A stretch of DNA of 63,860 bases, the filler included, from Octopus bimaculoides (taxonomy: Eukaryota): assembly GCF_001194135.2 (NCBI RefSeq). It is 5 parts of 5 records of this genome, joined end to end, with 100 filler letters (N's around TTAATTAATTAA, not from the genome) between each part and the next. Parts side by side here need not be neighbours in the genome. Positions count along the whole stretch, not along the records: positions 1 to 22,451 come from NC_068988.1; 4 more parts are not named here. One strand, written 5' to 3'. This document shows, in pieces, positions 1 through 11,749 of the stretch (positions within the stretch are counted from its first letter, which is position 1; each line of letters opens with the position of its first letter). The notes beneath the pieces are model-generated. The model ran no database searches and had not been told where the DNA came from. It saw only the letters and a program-made list of their open reading frames with translations. The translations under genes and the position numbers were made by a program.

Positions 1-13
1 TATATATATATAT

Positions 14-44
<31 letters not shown>

Positions 45-762
45 GTTTAACATCTGCTTCCCATGCTAGCATGGGTTGGACGATTTGACTGAAGACTGGT
101 GAAACCAGATGGCTACACCAGACTCCAATCTGATCTGGCAGAGTTTCTACAGTTGGTTGCCCTTCCTCTGACAGTGCAGTTGGTGCTTTTACTTGCCACC
201 GGCACGACAGCCAGTCACACGGTACTGGCAACGACCACGCTCAAAATGGTGCTTTTTACATACCACCTGTACAGGTGCCAGTCCAGCAGCACTGGCAATG
301 ACCTCGCTCGAATGATTTTCTAACGTGCCATTGGCACACAAAAATGGGACAAGAACGCAAAACATCCAGACACTTAGGTGATACAAAAAAGGGACAACAA
401 AGCATCCAGACACACAATACCATCTGTGCAACATCTATATTCCTCCCTGTGCCTGTCAAATCTTATGTCCCTGCCGTAAGTCTTTACTTCCACACACGCC
501 AGCTTAATTTAATTCATCCTTAGTCGAAAGACACCTGTTATTAACGTTCTGTTATTTGCATTTGTATTTGTGTAACATTTCTCCATTTTTATCCGTCCTT
601 GTTTTCATATACATTCGCTGCTTTCTTCCAAGGAATCTAATGTTGTTAGCTTAGTTTTTCCTTCGGGCTGGCCAGATTGGAGCAATCTCGAGTATAACCA
701 GCCGAAATTGCAAAGATAATCTGGAACTCAATTGTAGATGAATCTATATGTATACTCTTTTA

Positions 763-1145
763 CTTGTTTCAGTCATTTGACTGTGGCCATGTTGGAGCAC
801 CGCCTTTAGTCAAGCAAATCGACCCCAGGACTTATTCTTTGTAAGCCTAGTACTTATTCTATCGGTCTCTTTTGCCAAACCGCTAAGTTACAGGGACGTA
901 AACACACCAGCATCGGTTGTCAAGCAATGGGGAGGGGGGCAAACACAGAGACACAAACATATACACACACATAAATATATATATACATATATACGATGGG
1001 CTTCTTTCAGATTCCGTCTACCAAATCCACTCACAAGGCTTTGGTCGGCCCGAGGCTATAGTAGAAGACACTTGCCCAAGGTGCCATGCAGTGGGACTGA
1101 ACCCAGAACCATGTGATTGGTAGGCAAGCTACTTACCACACAGCT
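763..1145 (-). mobile_element. SINE family B (tRNA-like head, central microsatellite)
   Basis: Same consensus recurs at about 20103-20473(+), 20828-21030(-), 23555-23790(+), 31970-32200(-), 32525-32660(-), 41868-42030(+), 42506-42960(+), 44020-44522(-), 50425-50818(+), 55340-55495(-), 60263-60592(+). Confidence 0.8.
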
Positions 1146-1495
1146 ACTTCTATTATATATATATATATATATATATAAACAAACAGAGAGATATACGTGT
1201 TTGTGTGTAACTAGCTTTCTAGTTTCCATCTACCATCCACTCACAAAGCTTTATCTGATCCAGGGCTATAGTAGAAGACACTTATACACACAAATAGGAA
1301 AGAGAGGGGAGAGAGAAAGAGGCGTGGCTAAGCAGAGACTAAATCACTGATAGTTATTCAATTGACAGAGATAAACAGATAGCCAGACAAACACAATTAG
1401 ACAAATGAAGAATGTACAGAGGTAGATAGAAGTAGATAAACAAAGAAAGAAAAAGAGAATGTGTAGAAAAGAGAGAATAAGAGGGGAGAAAGAGA

Positions 1496-1538
<43 letters not shown>

Positions 1539-1999
1539 GAAGAGACAGAGTGAAGGAAACAGGCAGCCAGATACACAGACAGATACAGAGATATATGTTG
1601 AGACACAAAAACAAAACCCCTCCACACCTAAACTCAGGCATGCAGAGGTTTAGAGTTTCTACCTTGAATCCAATAGTTATACAGGACTTGATANNNNNNN
1701 NNNNNNNNNNNNNNNNNNNNNNNNNNNNNNNNNNNNNNNNNNNNNNNNNNNNNNNNNNNNNNNNNNNNNNNNNNNNNNNNNNNNNNNNNNNNNNNNNNNN
1801 NNNNNNNNNNNNNNNNNNNNNNNNNNNNNNNNNNNNNNNNNNNNNNNNNNNNNNNNNNNNNNNNNNNNNNNNNNNNNNNNNNNNNNNNNNNNNNNNNNNN
1901 NNNNNNNNNNNNNNNNNNNNNNNNNNNNNNNNNNNNNNNNNNNNNNNNNNNNNNNNNNNNNNNNNNNNNNNNNNNNNNNNNNNNNNNNNNNNNNNNNNA

Positions 2000-2269
2000 T
2001 CGTTGCCAGTGCCCCCGGACTGGCTTGTGCGGGTGGCACATAAAAGACACCATTTCGAGCGTGGCGGTTTTCGTGCGGGTGACACGTAAAAGCACCCACT
2101 ACACTCTCTGAGTGGTTGGCGTTAGGAAGGGCATCCAGCTGTAGAAACTCTGCCAAATTAGATTGGAGCCTGGTGTTGCCATCCGGTTTCACCAGTCCTC
2201 AGTCAAATCGTCCAACCCATGCTAGCATGGAAAGCGGACGTTAAACGATGATGATGATGATGATGATGA
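2000..2269 (+). mobile_element. Repeat family C with (TGA)n tail, sharing its 3' end with RTE LINEs
   Basis: 3' end CCAACCCATGCTAGCATGGAAAGCGGACGTTAAACGATGATG recurs at about 17-466(-), 6965-7262, 10130-10432, 11125-11960(-, split), 13892-14205(-), 14612-14942, 19519-19612(-), 25921-26095(-), 32222-32460(-), 33760-34200(-), 36362-36532, 47745-48019, 48432-49085(-). Confidence 0.8.
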
Positions 2270-2548
2270 TATATATATCTCACTATCATTTAATGTCCAC
2301 TTTCCGTGCATGCATACATACATGTGTGTGTGTATGCACATATATATATACATGTATGTATGTATATGTATATAGATATATATAAAGTTAGAAACTCAAT
2401 GTATATATACAGATGCATATACACACACTCACACACATCATATGCACATATTTGGCATATATTGGTATGTGTAAGTTTGTACAACAGAAAAAAGAGCAGC
2501 AAAATGTCAGTGTAAAATGTTATGAGGTCAACATTAAATACTTTCTCT

Positions 2549-2585
<37 letters not shown>

Positions 2586-2668
2586 CAATTCTATTTATTA
2601 TCTATGAAATAGCACAAAGGCACCCATTAACAAACAGTTTGGACAATTCAATGACGAATCCTCTATGT

Positions 2669-2947
2669 CAGTGATTCCCAAAGTAGGCGGTATCACCCCC
2701 ACCCCACATACACCTGAGGACAGTGGGAAGATCCGTTGGGGGGGGGCTTGAAGAAACATGAGGCGATAATAGGGTGACAAAAACAGGGCAATGGATGTCA
2801 AAAGAACAAACAAAACAAAGGGTTAATTAGGTTAAGTTTTATTTGTGAAATACCCTTGTTTTGAATTTGCTATGTTTGTGATGCTGAGTGGGGGGAGGGG
2901 ACTTAGAGCCAAGGGGGTGGCAGCCTGAATAAGTTTATGAACCACTG
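2669..2947. mobile_element. hAT (Charlie-like) MITE
   Basis: Termini CAGTGATTCCCAAAGT / AGTTTATGAACCACTG; perfect 8-bp TSD CTCTATGT at 2661-2668 and 2948-2955. Confidence 0.85.
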
Positions 2948-3236
2948 CTCTATGTAAATATATTTTGAAGAATTGGAAAATTCTGCCTATTCCTGACTGG
3001 CTTTATATCTTTCCAGCCTTATCATTTAAGGTCTACCTTTTCACTTTTTATTTTTTACATTTTAGTTTTTTTTGTTTTTCATTTTCCATTTTAGGTTTTT
3101 TTGGGTTTTTTCTGTGTTTTCTACATGCTGCCTTCTCAGTTTTTTCGCGTTTCTCCTATTATTCAATATTTTTTAGTTCATTATGTTATATGTGGTTTGT
3201 GCCTGAAGAATATGTATTCCTCAACACATGAAACTA

Positions 3237-3464
3237 TAGGGTTGTCCGGAAAGTTCGCGCCAATTTTTAAAGGAAAGAAAAAGGTCAATAAATACTTGCC
3301 ATTACATTTTAAATTAACCAGCTACGAACCATTTTGTTGCACAATGCGTCTCCAACTTTCCTCTAACTTGAAAATACCCTCTTCCCAGAATTGGGGTGGT
3401 TTCATGACAAATAAGTCGAAAGGTAAGCTACTATAAATCAGCACGAACTTTCCGGACAACCCAA
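3237..3464 (-). mobile_element. Internally deleted mariner element
   Basis: TIRs T(A/T)GGGTTGTCCGGAAAGTTCG(C/T)GC, TA TSD; minus strand encodes transposase C-terminus KPPQFWEEGIFKLEESWRRIVQQNG. Confidence 0.85.
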
Positions 3465-3633
3465 TATTAGTAGTGCTTAAATACATGTATTGTGCCCTTA
3501 AAATAAATATTACACACACACACACATATATATATATACTGGAGTAAGCACATAAATGTGAAACAAGGTGGAAAAAAGAGTACTAAAATACCAGAGGTAG
3601 AGTAATATGCTTTATTTAAAAGCAGCAGAAATA

Positions 3634-3689
3634 TAACAAAAGCTGTTACTCAGAGTTTCAAGTTCTTGTTCGTCGGACAGGTTTTGTTA
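3634..3689 (-). ncRNA. Type I hammerhead ribozyme motif, variant core (CCGACGA)
   Basis: Minus strand TAACAAAA-C-CTGT CCGACGA ACAAGAACTT GAAA CTC-T-GAG TA ACAG-C-TTTTGTTA: stem I 4+8 bp, palindromic stem III, GUA site. Confidence 0.65.
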
Positions 3690-3894
3690 AAATAGAACAG
3701 AAATAACGATATAATCAAAACTAGTTAAAGGATACACTTTTAAAAATGGATTTGTTTCATTGGTCCTTTCTATTAGCGGTCTTAAACATGCAATGAACAG
3801 AATAAACAAAATAAATGAATTCAATATAAATTCATCCAATTATAAAATCAAAGAAAACCTTAAATCGAAGAATGGATTCAAAATACATATTGTA

Positions 3895-5935
3895 AATAAT
3901 TATATACAAAATATAATTCAATTAATACATTAAAAGTAAAATTTAAAATTTTCACGCTGCATTACATATTTTACAACAGTATATACCCATCCTAGACCAT
4001 CTATAATATACATATATACACCAAAATACACAGATGCATGCACACACTACATACATATACAGGCATATATATGTAAGACATAAATATACGCACAATTACA
4101 CATATACACATGTACATATATGCACGCAACCATGCCCGCATACGAAAATCTCTTGGTGTATACATATAGAAGTTATAACAGACAAGATAGATGGGAAGTA
4201 TATCTTAAACGTAGGGAGCGGGAAAGAAAAGGGAAAAGGAAGGATCCTAAGTGTAACAGCTAGTGAAGGAAAGAGGTAAGTAGGGGGGTGAGAAGGGGAA
4301 CGCATCGTTAAAGGACTCTATCAAAGTAATGAATAGGGAAAGAAAGGATACTTCACATATAAAGAAAGAAAAAAAAAGAAAGAAAAATAGGTGGCAGAAT
4401 ATGTGTAACACAAAATAATATTACATATATATGTGTATACAAAAGTGTTTATTAGCATAAATACACATATAAGATCACATATATAAATATATGGAAATAT
4501 GCACATAAATACACATCCACATAAATATAAGTGCATACATGCATACATATACATTCATGTATGTATGTGCACAAGTATAAACATACACGCTTGCCTACAC
4601 ATATACATAGACGCACACATATGAATACATATGCAAGCTAACAATACAGACATCCACATAAAAACATATCTAGGTCCTGATGTATATATACAAACAACTT
4701 ATGAAAACAATTGCTGAGTGTATAATAATAAAATCGAATAAAAGAGATATTAAAAAGAACACCATATATTGAACTATCTATAAAATTTAACGATTAAATG
4801 GGTTTGTAAAGTACAATAAAATGAAATAAAAATAACAATAAAAAAAACAAAATCTTAAACATGAAAATAATATATACATATAACAGTCGAAGGTTTTCTT
4901 AAGAAATATGTCGAAATATATACAATATCTTTGCAATGCGAAATAAACCATGCATTACAAGACACAAATTCAACAATGTGATTGAAAACTAGTACAAGAT
5001 TAAAAAAATATATGTACTATCCATATGGTAAACTGTTAGCTGACATTTTAAATTTTGTTGCGTGTCTGCAGCAATTCAAGAGTTCACATCTTTGATTCAA
5101 AGCACTATTGTCATGGAAAAAAATATAGAATTTTTCCAAAAGACATAAATCACATTTGATGGGTCTTTTATGCACACTTGGGTCAAAAAGGGTGAGGACT
5201 CTCTTTTCGATGTACCGATGGGGGCATATGATGGGGATGAGTTATGGTGCTCATAGGAGCTTATATTTTGCACAATCTAAAGCTAGAATTCTCGTTTATA
5301 GACAAAGGATTATATAGGGATGACAGCTTTATATAGTCACCCTTACAGACACGGTGCACATAAAAGACCCATCAAATGTGATTTATGTCATTTGGAAAAA
5401 TTCTATATTTTATTCCAGGACAATAGCGCTTTGAATCAAAGATGCAAACTCTTGAATTCCTGCAGACATGCAACAAAATTTAAAATGTCAGCTAACAATA
5501 TACCCAGGTACCTGGGTCAAAGAGTGAGGATTCTCTTTTCAATGTACTGATGGGGGCATACGATGGGGATGAGTTATGTGTGCTCATAGGAGCTTATATT
5601 TTGCACACTCTAACGCTACATTTAAGATATACTTCCCATCTATCTTGTCTGTTATAACTTCTATATGTATACACCAAGAGATTTTCGTATGCGGGCATGG
5701 TTGCGTGCATATATGTACATGTGTATATGCGAATTTTTGCATATATTTATGTCCTACATATATATGCCTGTATATGTATGTAATGTGTGCATGCATCTGT
5801 GTATTTTGATGTATATATGTATATTATAGATGGTCTAGGATGGGTATATACTGTTGTAAAATATTCATGTAATGCAGCGTGAAATTTTAAATTTTAATTT
5901 TAATGTATTAATTGAATTATATTTTGTATAAAGAA
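3895..5935. mobile_element. Rearranged Penelope-like retroelement remnant
   Basis: Plus-strand RT core TWVKKGEDSLFDVPMGAYDGDEL...IGAYILH...GLYRDD at 5176-5333 (one frameshift), second partial copy 5511-5610; inverted duplications about 3895-4214/5606-5935 and 5034-5175/5354-5497. Confidence 0.75.
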
Positions 5936-5949
5936 GTGTATAAAGAATT

Positions 5950-6150
5950 ATATTTTGTATGAAGAAGCTATATAAAGAAGTGTTGGTTACTGAAAGTGAA
6001 TGGCACCTGTGGAAGAGGGAAACCCAGGAAGACATGGGATGAAGATGAGAGGACTGATCTCAGGATGTTGGGACTCACTGGACCAAGATGTTTAGCAATA
6101 TGAGGTTCTAGAGAAGACTCGCCCACATCAGTGAACCTAAGCTCCAGAAG
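5950..6150 (+). mobile_element. RTE-clade LINE 3' fragment
   Basis: Translates to GTCGRGKPRKTWDEDERTDLRMLGLT, like the RTE ORF C-terminus; a related reverse copy occurs at about 48700-49085. Confidence 0.6.
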
Positions 6151-7668
6151 CATCGTGTCTCACCCACACATAACAACAAAACTTTCAAACACCCTACCCC
6201 AAAAAAAAAAANNNNNNNNNNNNNNNNNNNNNNNNNNNNNNNTCACCCCCCCCTTCCCTTCCCAAATTGTCTCTTCTCTTCCTCACATTTCCTCTTCATA
6301 CATTATCATTATCTCCCACTCCCCAATCTAGTCCTTGCTTCCATGCTCATCCCCTCCCCTTCTATACACCCAGATTCTCACCAATCACTGCATTCCTCTA
6401 CCCCCACTTCCGACTCATGACTCCTTGGCAATATCCTGCCAGCACCTGCCAGTGCCAGGGTAGACTTCCTTGCAAGTATACCCTGGCACTTGCCGCCATC
6501 CCTCTCCTGCTCTTGCTGTCTCCTTTCTCTCTCTCTTTTATCTCTTGCTCTCCCCTCTGGCTGAGCAATCATGCATCTCCTCTACAGCAACAAACTTGTT
6601 TCTGCTCTCATTCTAGATCACACTCTCGCCTTCCTTCCCTTGCTCTTACCTCTGGCTAGATAACTATGGATCTCCTTTACAGCAGCACACCTCTTTCTTG
6701 TTAACTCCCACACTCTTCCTAGATAACTGTTTCTGCTCTCATTCTTGTTAACGCTTGCTCTCTTTCTTGCCTTCTATTTCCCTCTTTCTTCCTCTCTCTC
6801 ACTCTCCCTCTCACTGGCAGGGTAACCATGGACCTCCTCTACAGCAAGACATGTTTCTGCCTCACTGTCACACACTAATCTTTCATCATCTGACACATGA
6901 ATCACCTCCTCCAATGTCCCCTCCCCTCTTAAAGACTTTGTCTTGCAAAGTCTCTTGGTAACCCAGCCAGTGCAGGTGCCACTTGAAAAGCACCCAGTCT
7001 ACACTGTAAAGTGGTTGGCATTTAGAAGGGCATCTAGCTGTAAAAACCACACCAAAACTGACCTCACCTGTGCGAGTGCCATGTAAAAAGCACTCCGTCT
7101 ACTCTATGGAGCGGTTGGTGTTAGGAAGGGCATCCAGCTGTGAAAACCATGCCAAAACAGACACAGAAGCATGGCGCAGGTTCCTGCCTGGCCAACTCCT
7201 GTCAAACTGTCCAACCCATGCCAGCATGGAAGGAAGATGTTAAACAATGATGATGATGACATCATTCTGACCATAAAAATCCTGAATGACATGTAATATA
7301 GCTTTGCACTCAGAAAAAAAGCAGTGACATAAAAATCAATAAAAAAGTATAAACATTCAAATAAAAAGACATATTAAACTGGTCGTATTCAGTTCATACA
7401 ATTTTGAATACTACCATGTTTATGCAACAAAAGGTAACAAAAATATTTGCAAATATACATACATTAATATATCATCATTGTCATTATTTAATATCCTTTC
7501 TTACTTAGGCTGTCTGTTTATCTCAGTCAGTTGAATGCCTATCAGTGATTTCTGTCTTTGTCAATTTAACTATCTTTTTCTTTCTCTCTCTCTATCTATC
7601 TGTCTATCTCTTTCATTCTCTCTTCCTCTGTGTGTGTGTGTGTGTGCATAAAAATATATGTATATATA

Positions 7669-8400
7669 CAGGGGTTGGACAAAATAATGGAAACACCTAG
7701 CATCATAGCATCATAATTTTGAAATATCTATAAAACCGTCAAAAGCTTGTTTATTATTGTTTTTTTTTTTATTTATTATTAGTGTTGGTTAATATGTTTT
7801 GCTAAAATTGCTGTTTCTTTTCAGATATCATCAGAAAAGGTAATTAAAATTCATTAAAATGATAGATCTATCAGACTTTCAAAGAGATCGAATTGTTGAT
7901 GCTCGTATGGCAGGCACTAGCATAACGAAAACAGCCAAAATGTTTGGTGTATCAAGAAGTACTGTCTCGAAAGTAATGACAGCCTTTGAGAAAGAGGGAA
8001 AAATCTCCTCGTCGAAACAAAACTCTGGAAGATAACCAAAACTTTCAGATAGAGACCGTCAGACTCTTATATGTGAATTGTTAGAAAGGATCACAAAAGT
8101 ACAGCTCCCAAAATTACTGCAGAGCTTAATGACCACCTCAAGAACCTGGTTTCCACAAAAACTGTTCGCTGGGAGCTGCACAAAGCCAGATTTCACAGGA
8201 GGGCTGCAATCAGAAAGCCACTACTTTCAAAAACAAACACTGCAAAACATTTAGAGTGGAGTAAAAACCTACAGAATTGGTCCCTAAAGGAGTGGAAGAA
8301 TGTTATTTTCACAGACAAGTCATCCGTTACCTTATTTCCGACCACCGGTCAAATATAGGTGTGGAGACAGTCAAAAGAAGCATTTGACTCAGCCTGCCTT
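7669..8400 (+). mobile_element. Tc1-like transposon, 3'-truncated, defective transposase
   Basis: TA|CAGGGGTTGGACAAAATAATGGAAACACC left TIR; from 7859 MIDLSDFQRDRIVDARMAGTSITKTAKMFGVSRSTVSKV...W..VIFTDKS with stops and a frameshift. Confidence 0.85.
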
Positions 8401-8497
8401 CGCTCAATAAACACTCACAACACCCGGTCTGGGAATCGAAACCGCGATCCTATGACCGCGAGTCCGCTGCCCTAACCAATGGGCCATTGCGCCTCCA
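8401..8497 (-). mobile_element. tRNA-head fragment of SINE family A
   Basis: Reverse complement TGGAGGCGCAATGGCCCATTGGTTAGGGCAGCGGACTC...GGTTTCGATTCCCAGACC with A and B boxes. Confidence 0.8.
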
Positions 8498-8511
8498 CAT
8501 ATATATATCTA

Positions 8512-8720
8512 CAAGGGTGGGGCTGAAAAGTTCCTGGTTTAAGGCTATCATGAAAGGCCTGGTTGGACTCCCAAGTACTTTTACAGGGCTTTGAAAAACT
8601 GAAGGGTCACTCCAATAACTGTGTGAATCTGAGAGGGGAATATGTCGAATAAAATCATAATTAACCAATCCTTCTGCATTTTCTTTTACTCAATGCCAGA
8701 ATCTTTTCAGCACCCTTTCA
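8512..8720 (+). mobile_element. Non-autonomous mariner-like element
   Basis: TA|CAAGGGTGGGGCTGAAAAGTTCC and degenerate right TIR CTTTTCAGCACCCT; internal sequence shared with 18346-18480. Confidence 0.6.
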
Positions 8721-9777
8721 TATCTCTATCTTTCTCTCTCTCTCTTTCTGAATTACTTAATCTCTAAGCAAATTTATTATTCACAGCTTAAGTATAGACT
8801 TAGGACTTGGCAACAAACTTCTCACATCAACTCATTTAGTACAACATGCTAACCTGATACACACATTCGACCCAAACCACTTCTTCAAGGTTATCTATTT
8901 TCACACACGCATGTATCTCAAAATAAAAACTTTTTTCATGAAATGTTTTTTATTTACTTTTTGCTTTTTCCTAATTTGTTTAACCCTCATTCTGAAGAAA
9001 CGGTGTCAAAGACCATTTTACCCAATTATAGCAACGAAGGGGAAAAACAGAATATAATGTGCATGCTCATGCATACACACACAATCATACACATATGCAT
9101 GCATTCACACAAACACACATATAGACAAATAGACACACACACATGCATACACATACATACACACAAGCATACACATATGCATGCGCACACACATGCACAT
9201 TTATGCACACACACACACAAAGAATAGTGTCCTCTTGCCATTGAAGAGGAATTAATATCAAAAAGGTTAAATTGCATATCGCTGCAGATATGTCAAATTT
9301 ATCAGAACTGATAGCAGGTTGCTTCACACACACACACACACACATACATACATGCACACAAACAATATATTTTTAAAAAAGGCATTTTTTTTCTTTTTCT
9401 TTTTTTTCATTTTGTAGCTCTAGTGTACAAACATCTCTTAAAATGTTCCCAGACAACGCAAAGATTATGTTTCAAGACATAATAAAGACATTTAAATAAT
9501 CTGAGACTTAACAGATTATTTAGATTAATGTTGTTGTTGTCATCGTCATCCACCCCTAGATCTACCCTAATCAAACAGGACTATGATCAAAGGTTGCAAT
9601 GTACACATCAGTCATTTTTATGGATGTTTTCTATTTTTTTTTTCTTTTTGCAGGCTTGGTTGTGTGGTTAAGAAGTTCAGTTTGCAGCCACATGGTTTTA
9701 GTTTCAATCCCACTGTATGACACCTTAGGCAAGTGGTTGACCAATGCCTTATAAGTAAATTAAGTAGACAGAAACTG

Positions 9778-10015
9778 AGTGGCGAGCTGGTAGAATCGTT
9801 AGCACACTGGGAGAAATGCTTAGCGGTATTTCGTCTGCCGTTACATTCTGAGTTCAAATTCCACCGAGGTCGACTTTGCCTTTCATCCTTTCATGGTCGA
9901 TAAATTAAGTACCAGTTACGCACTGGGGTCGATGTAATCGACTTAATCCCTTTGTCTGTCCTTGTTTGTCCCCTCTATGTTTAGCCCCTTGTGGGCAATT
10001 AAGAAATAAGAAACT
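9778..10015 (+). mobile_element. SINE family D
   Basis: GGCGAGCTGGTAGAATCGTTAGCAC...GAGTTCAAATTCC...GCCTTTCATCCTTT...GATAAATTAAGTACC; recurs at about 36991-37195, 39985-40190, 40330-40535 and 43450-43690(-). Confidence 0.75.
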
Positions 10016-11202
10016 GAGTGGAAGCCCAACACACACACACAAAGGATCTACAGATGTTAGGACCCCCGGAGGGGATGACAGGGGACCCCTGGTGGTTTGC
10101 TGTGCTTGAAAATACACATCAAGCTAAGTAAAAACATGGTTGTCTTTTGACACTGGCATGTCCCCTGCATCCCTCTCCAGCTAAGCATTCCCAACCTTGC
10201 AGGCTCATGGGTGCTGGTGCCATATAAAAAGCATCCATGCCAGTGCCACGTAAACACACTCATGCCAGTGCTGCATAAAAGCACCCACTACATTCTCTAA
10301 AGTGATTGGCATTAGGAAGGGCATCCAGCCATAGAAACCATGCCAAAACAGACATGGAGCCTGAGCAGCTCTTCAGCTGGCCAGCTCCTGCCAGCATGAA
10401 AAATAGACATCAAATGATGATGATGATGATGATAGAGGCAATTATGCAGATAAACAAATTAAATATAACAGCTTTGGTATAAAATACAAAATACATATAT
10501 ATGTATACATGCAAAACGAGAGAAAGCAAAGAGTGGAGGCTTTCAGACAATGGATATAAGTATAAATATATAGATATTTATATTAATAGATCCAACTTAC
10601 ACAGAGTACAAAGGACAGAGAAAATTAAAAGGGAGGAAGTAAGGTGTTATAAATCCAAAAGCTGTTTCTGGGGGCTCAGAGATCCATCATAATGTTGATG
10701 ATTTAGAGCAGAGTTGGCAACAGTTTTTGAACATGTTTTGATAGGGTCAAATGTTATGCTTAGCACCCACTAACTGCTGTATTCAAGCAAGTTCTGCCAC
10801 TAATGAGCAGATGAGGCCACTAGGTTTAATGACCCACAAACTTTTTCCTCAACCTAACAGTAATATGAGATAACCCATTCATCTGTTTTTATTATATTTT
10901 TATGCCATGCCTAAGCTTCCTTTCATCGTTGAGTAATTTTGGATACAACTGGAATTGTGGATTACCAAACAACAGTGAACTTCACTCACTGATGCATCCT
11001 GTGCTAAGATGATGGATTATTCAACTGTCTCACATCATTCTGTCTAGCTAATTTGTTGCACGTTTCACTTTGATATGCCTTGATTCTTTACAGGTCCCCT
11101 GTAATTTAAACTATATATATCATCATCATTATTATTATTATTTAGCATCTGCTTTCCATGCTGGCATGAATTAGACAATTTGACTGGAACTGGTAAGCCA
11201 GA

Positions 11203-11749
11203 GGATCTTTTTTAAAACGGGGGCCACATTTTTCATTAATGTTTTACGTAGTGTTTTTGGTACCGAAAGACTTTCAAACTTCGTATACTTATCTATTTTG
11301 TGTTATAGAACAGAAAAATATTTTTGTATTTGAATTTATTTCATATAAAAAATTGTCTTATTTCGATAATTTCAACCAATCACTGACGTCCATTCAGTCG
11401 ATATACATTAAGTGCCGACTACATAAACAAATGATTCTTCGTTTTATTTGCTTTTTTCATTTTAAATTTGCTTTAACCCTAACCCTACGGTTAGGGTTAG
11501 GGTTAGGATTAATTGTTTCAGAATCATTTGTTTATGTAGTCGGCACTTAATGTATATCGGCTGAATGGACGTCAGTGATTGGTTGAAATTACAGAAATAC
11601 GACAACTTTAACATGGAATAATTTATGGATTTCTTTTTTTTTAAAGAAGACTAAGAGAAAAAGATGTTTTATATGACCCATTCTACCAGTGTTCCAAGTT
11701 TCAAAGTGTTTCGTTAATGAAAAATGTGGCCCCCGTTTTAAAAAAGATC
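11203..11749. mobile_element. TIR MITE with GGATC termini and internal TAACCC/TTAGGG arrays
   Basis: TIRs GGATCTTTTTTAAAACGGGG(G)CCACATTTTTCATTAA; perfect 8-bp TSD AAGCCAGA; inserted into a SINE. Confidence 0.85.

Noticed and set aside
88-115. CTGAAGA-CTGGT-GAAAC in family C repeats (also CTGAGGA at about 2190, 19580, 25975)
   Set aside because: Looks like a hammerhead core but has no stem II pairing, no NUH site and no stem I.
10790-10853. AG|G TTG AGG AAA AAG TTT (LRKKF) as a possible RPP38 exon 4
   Set aside because: In-frame stop after eight codons and no IG.NEVT-like motif.
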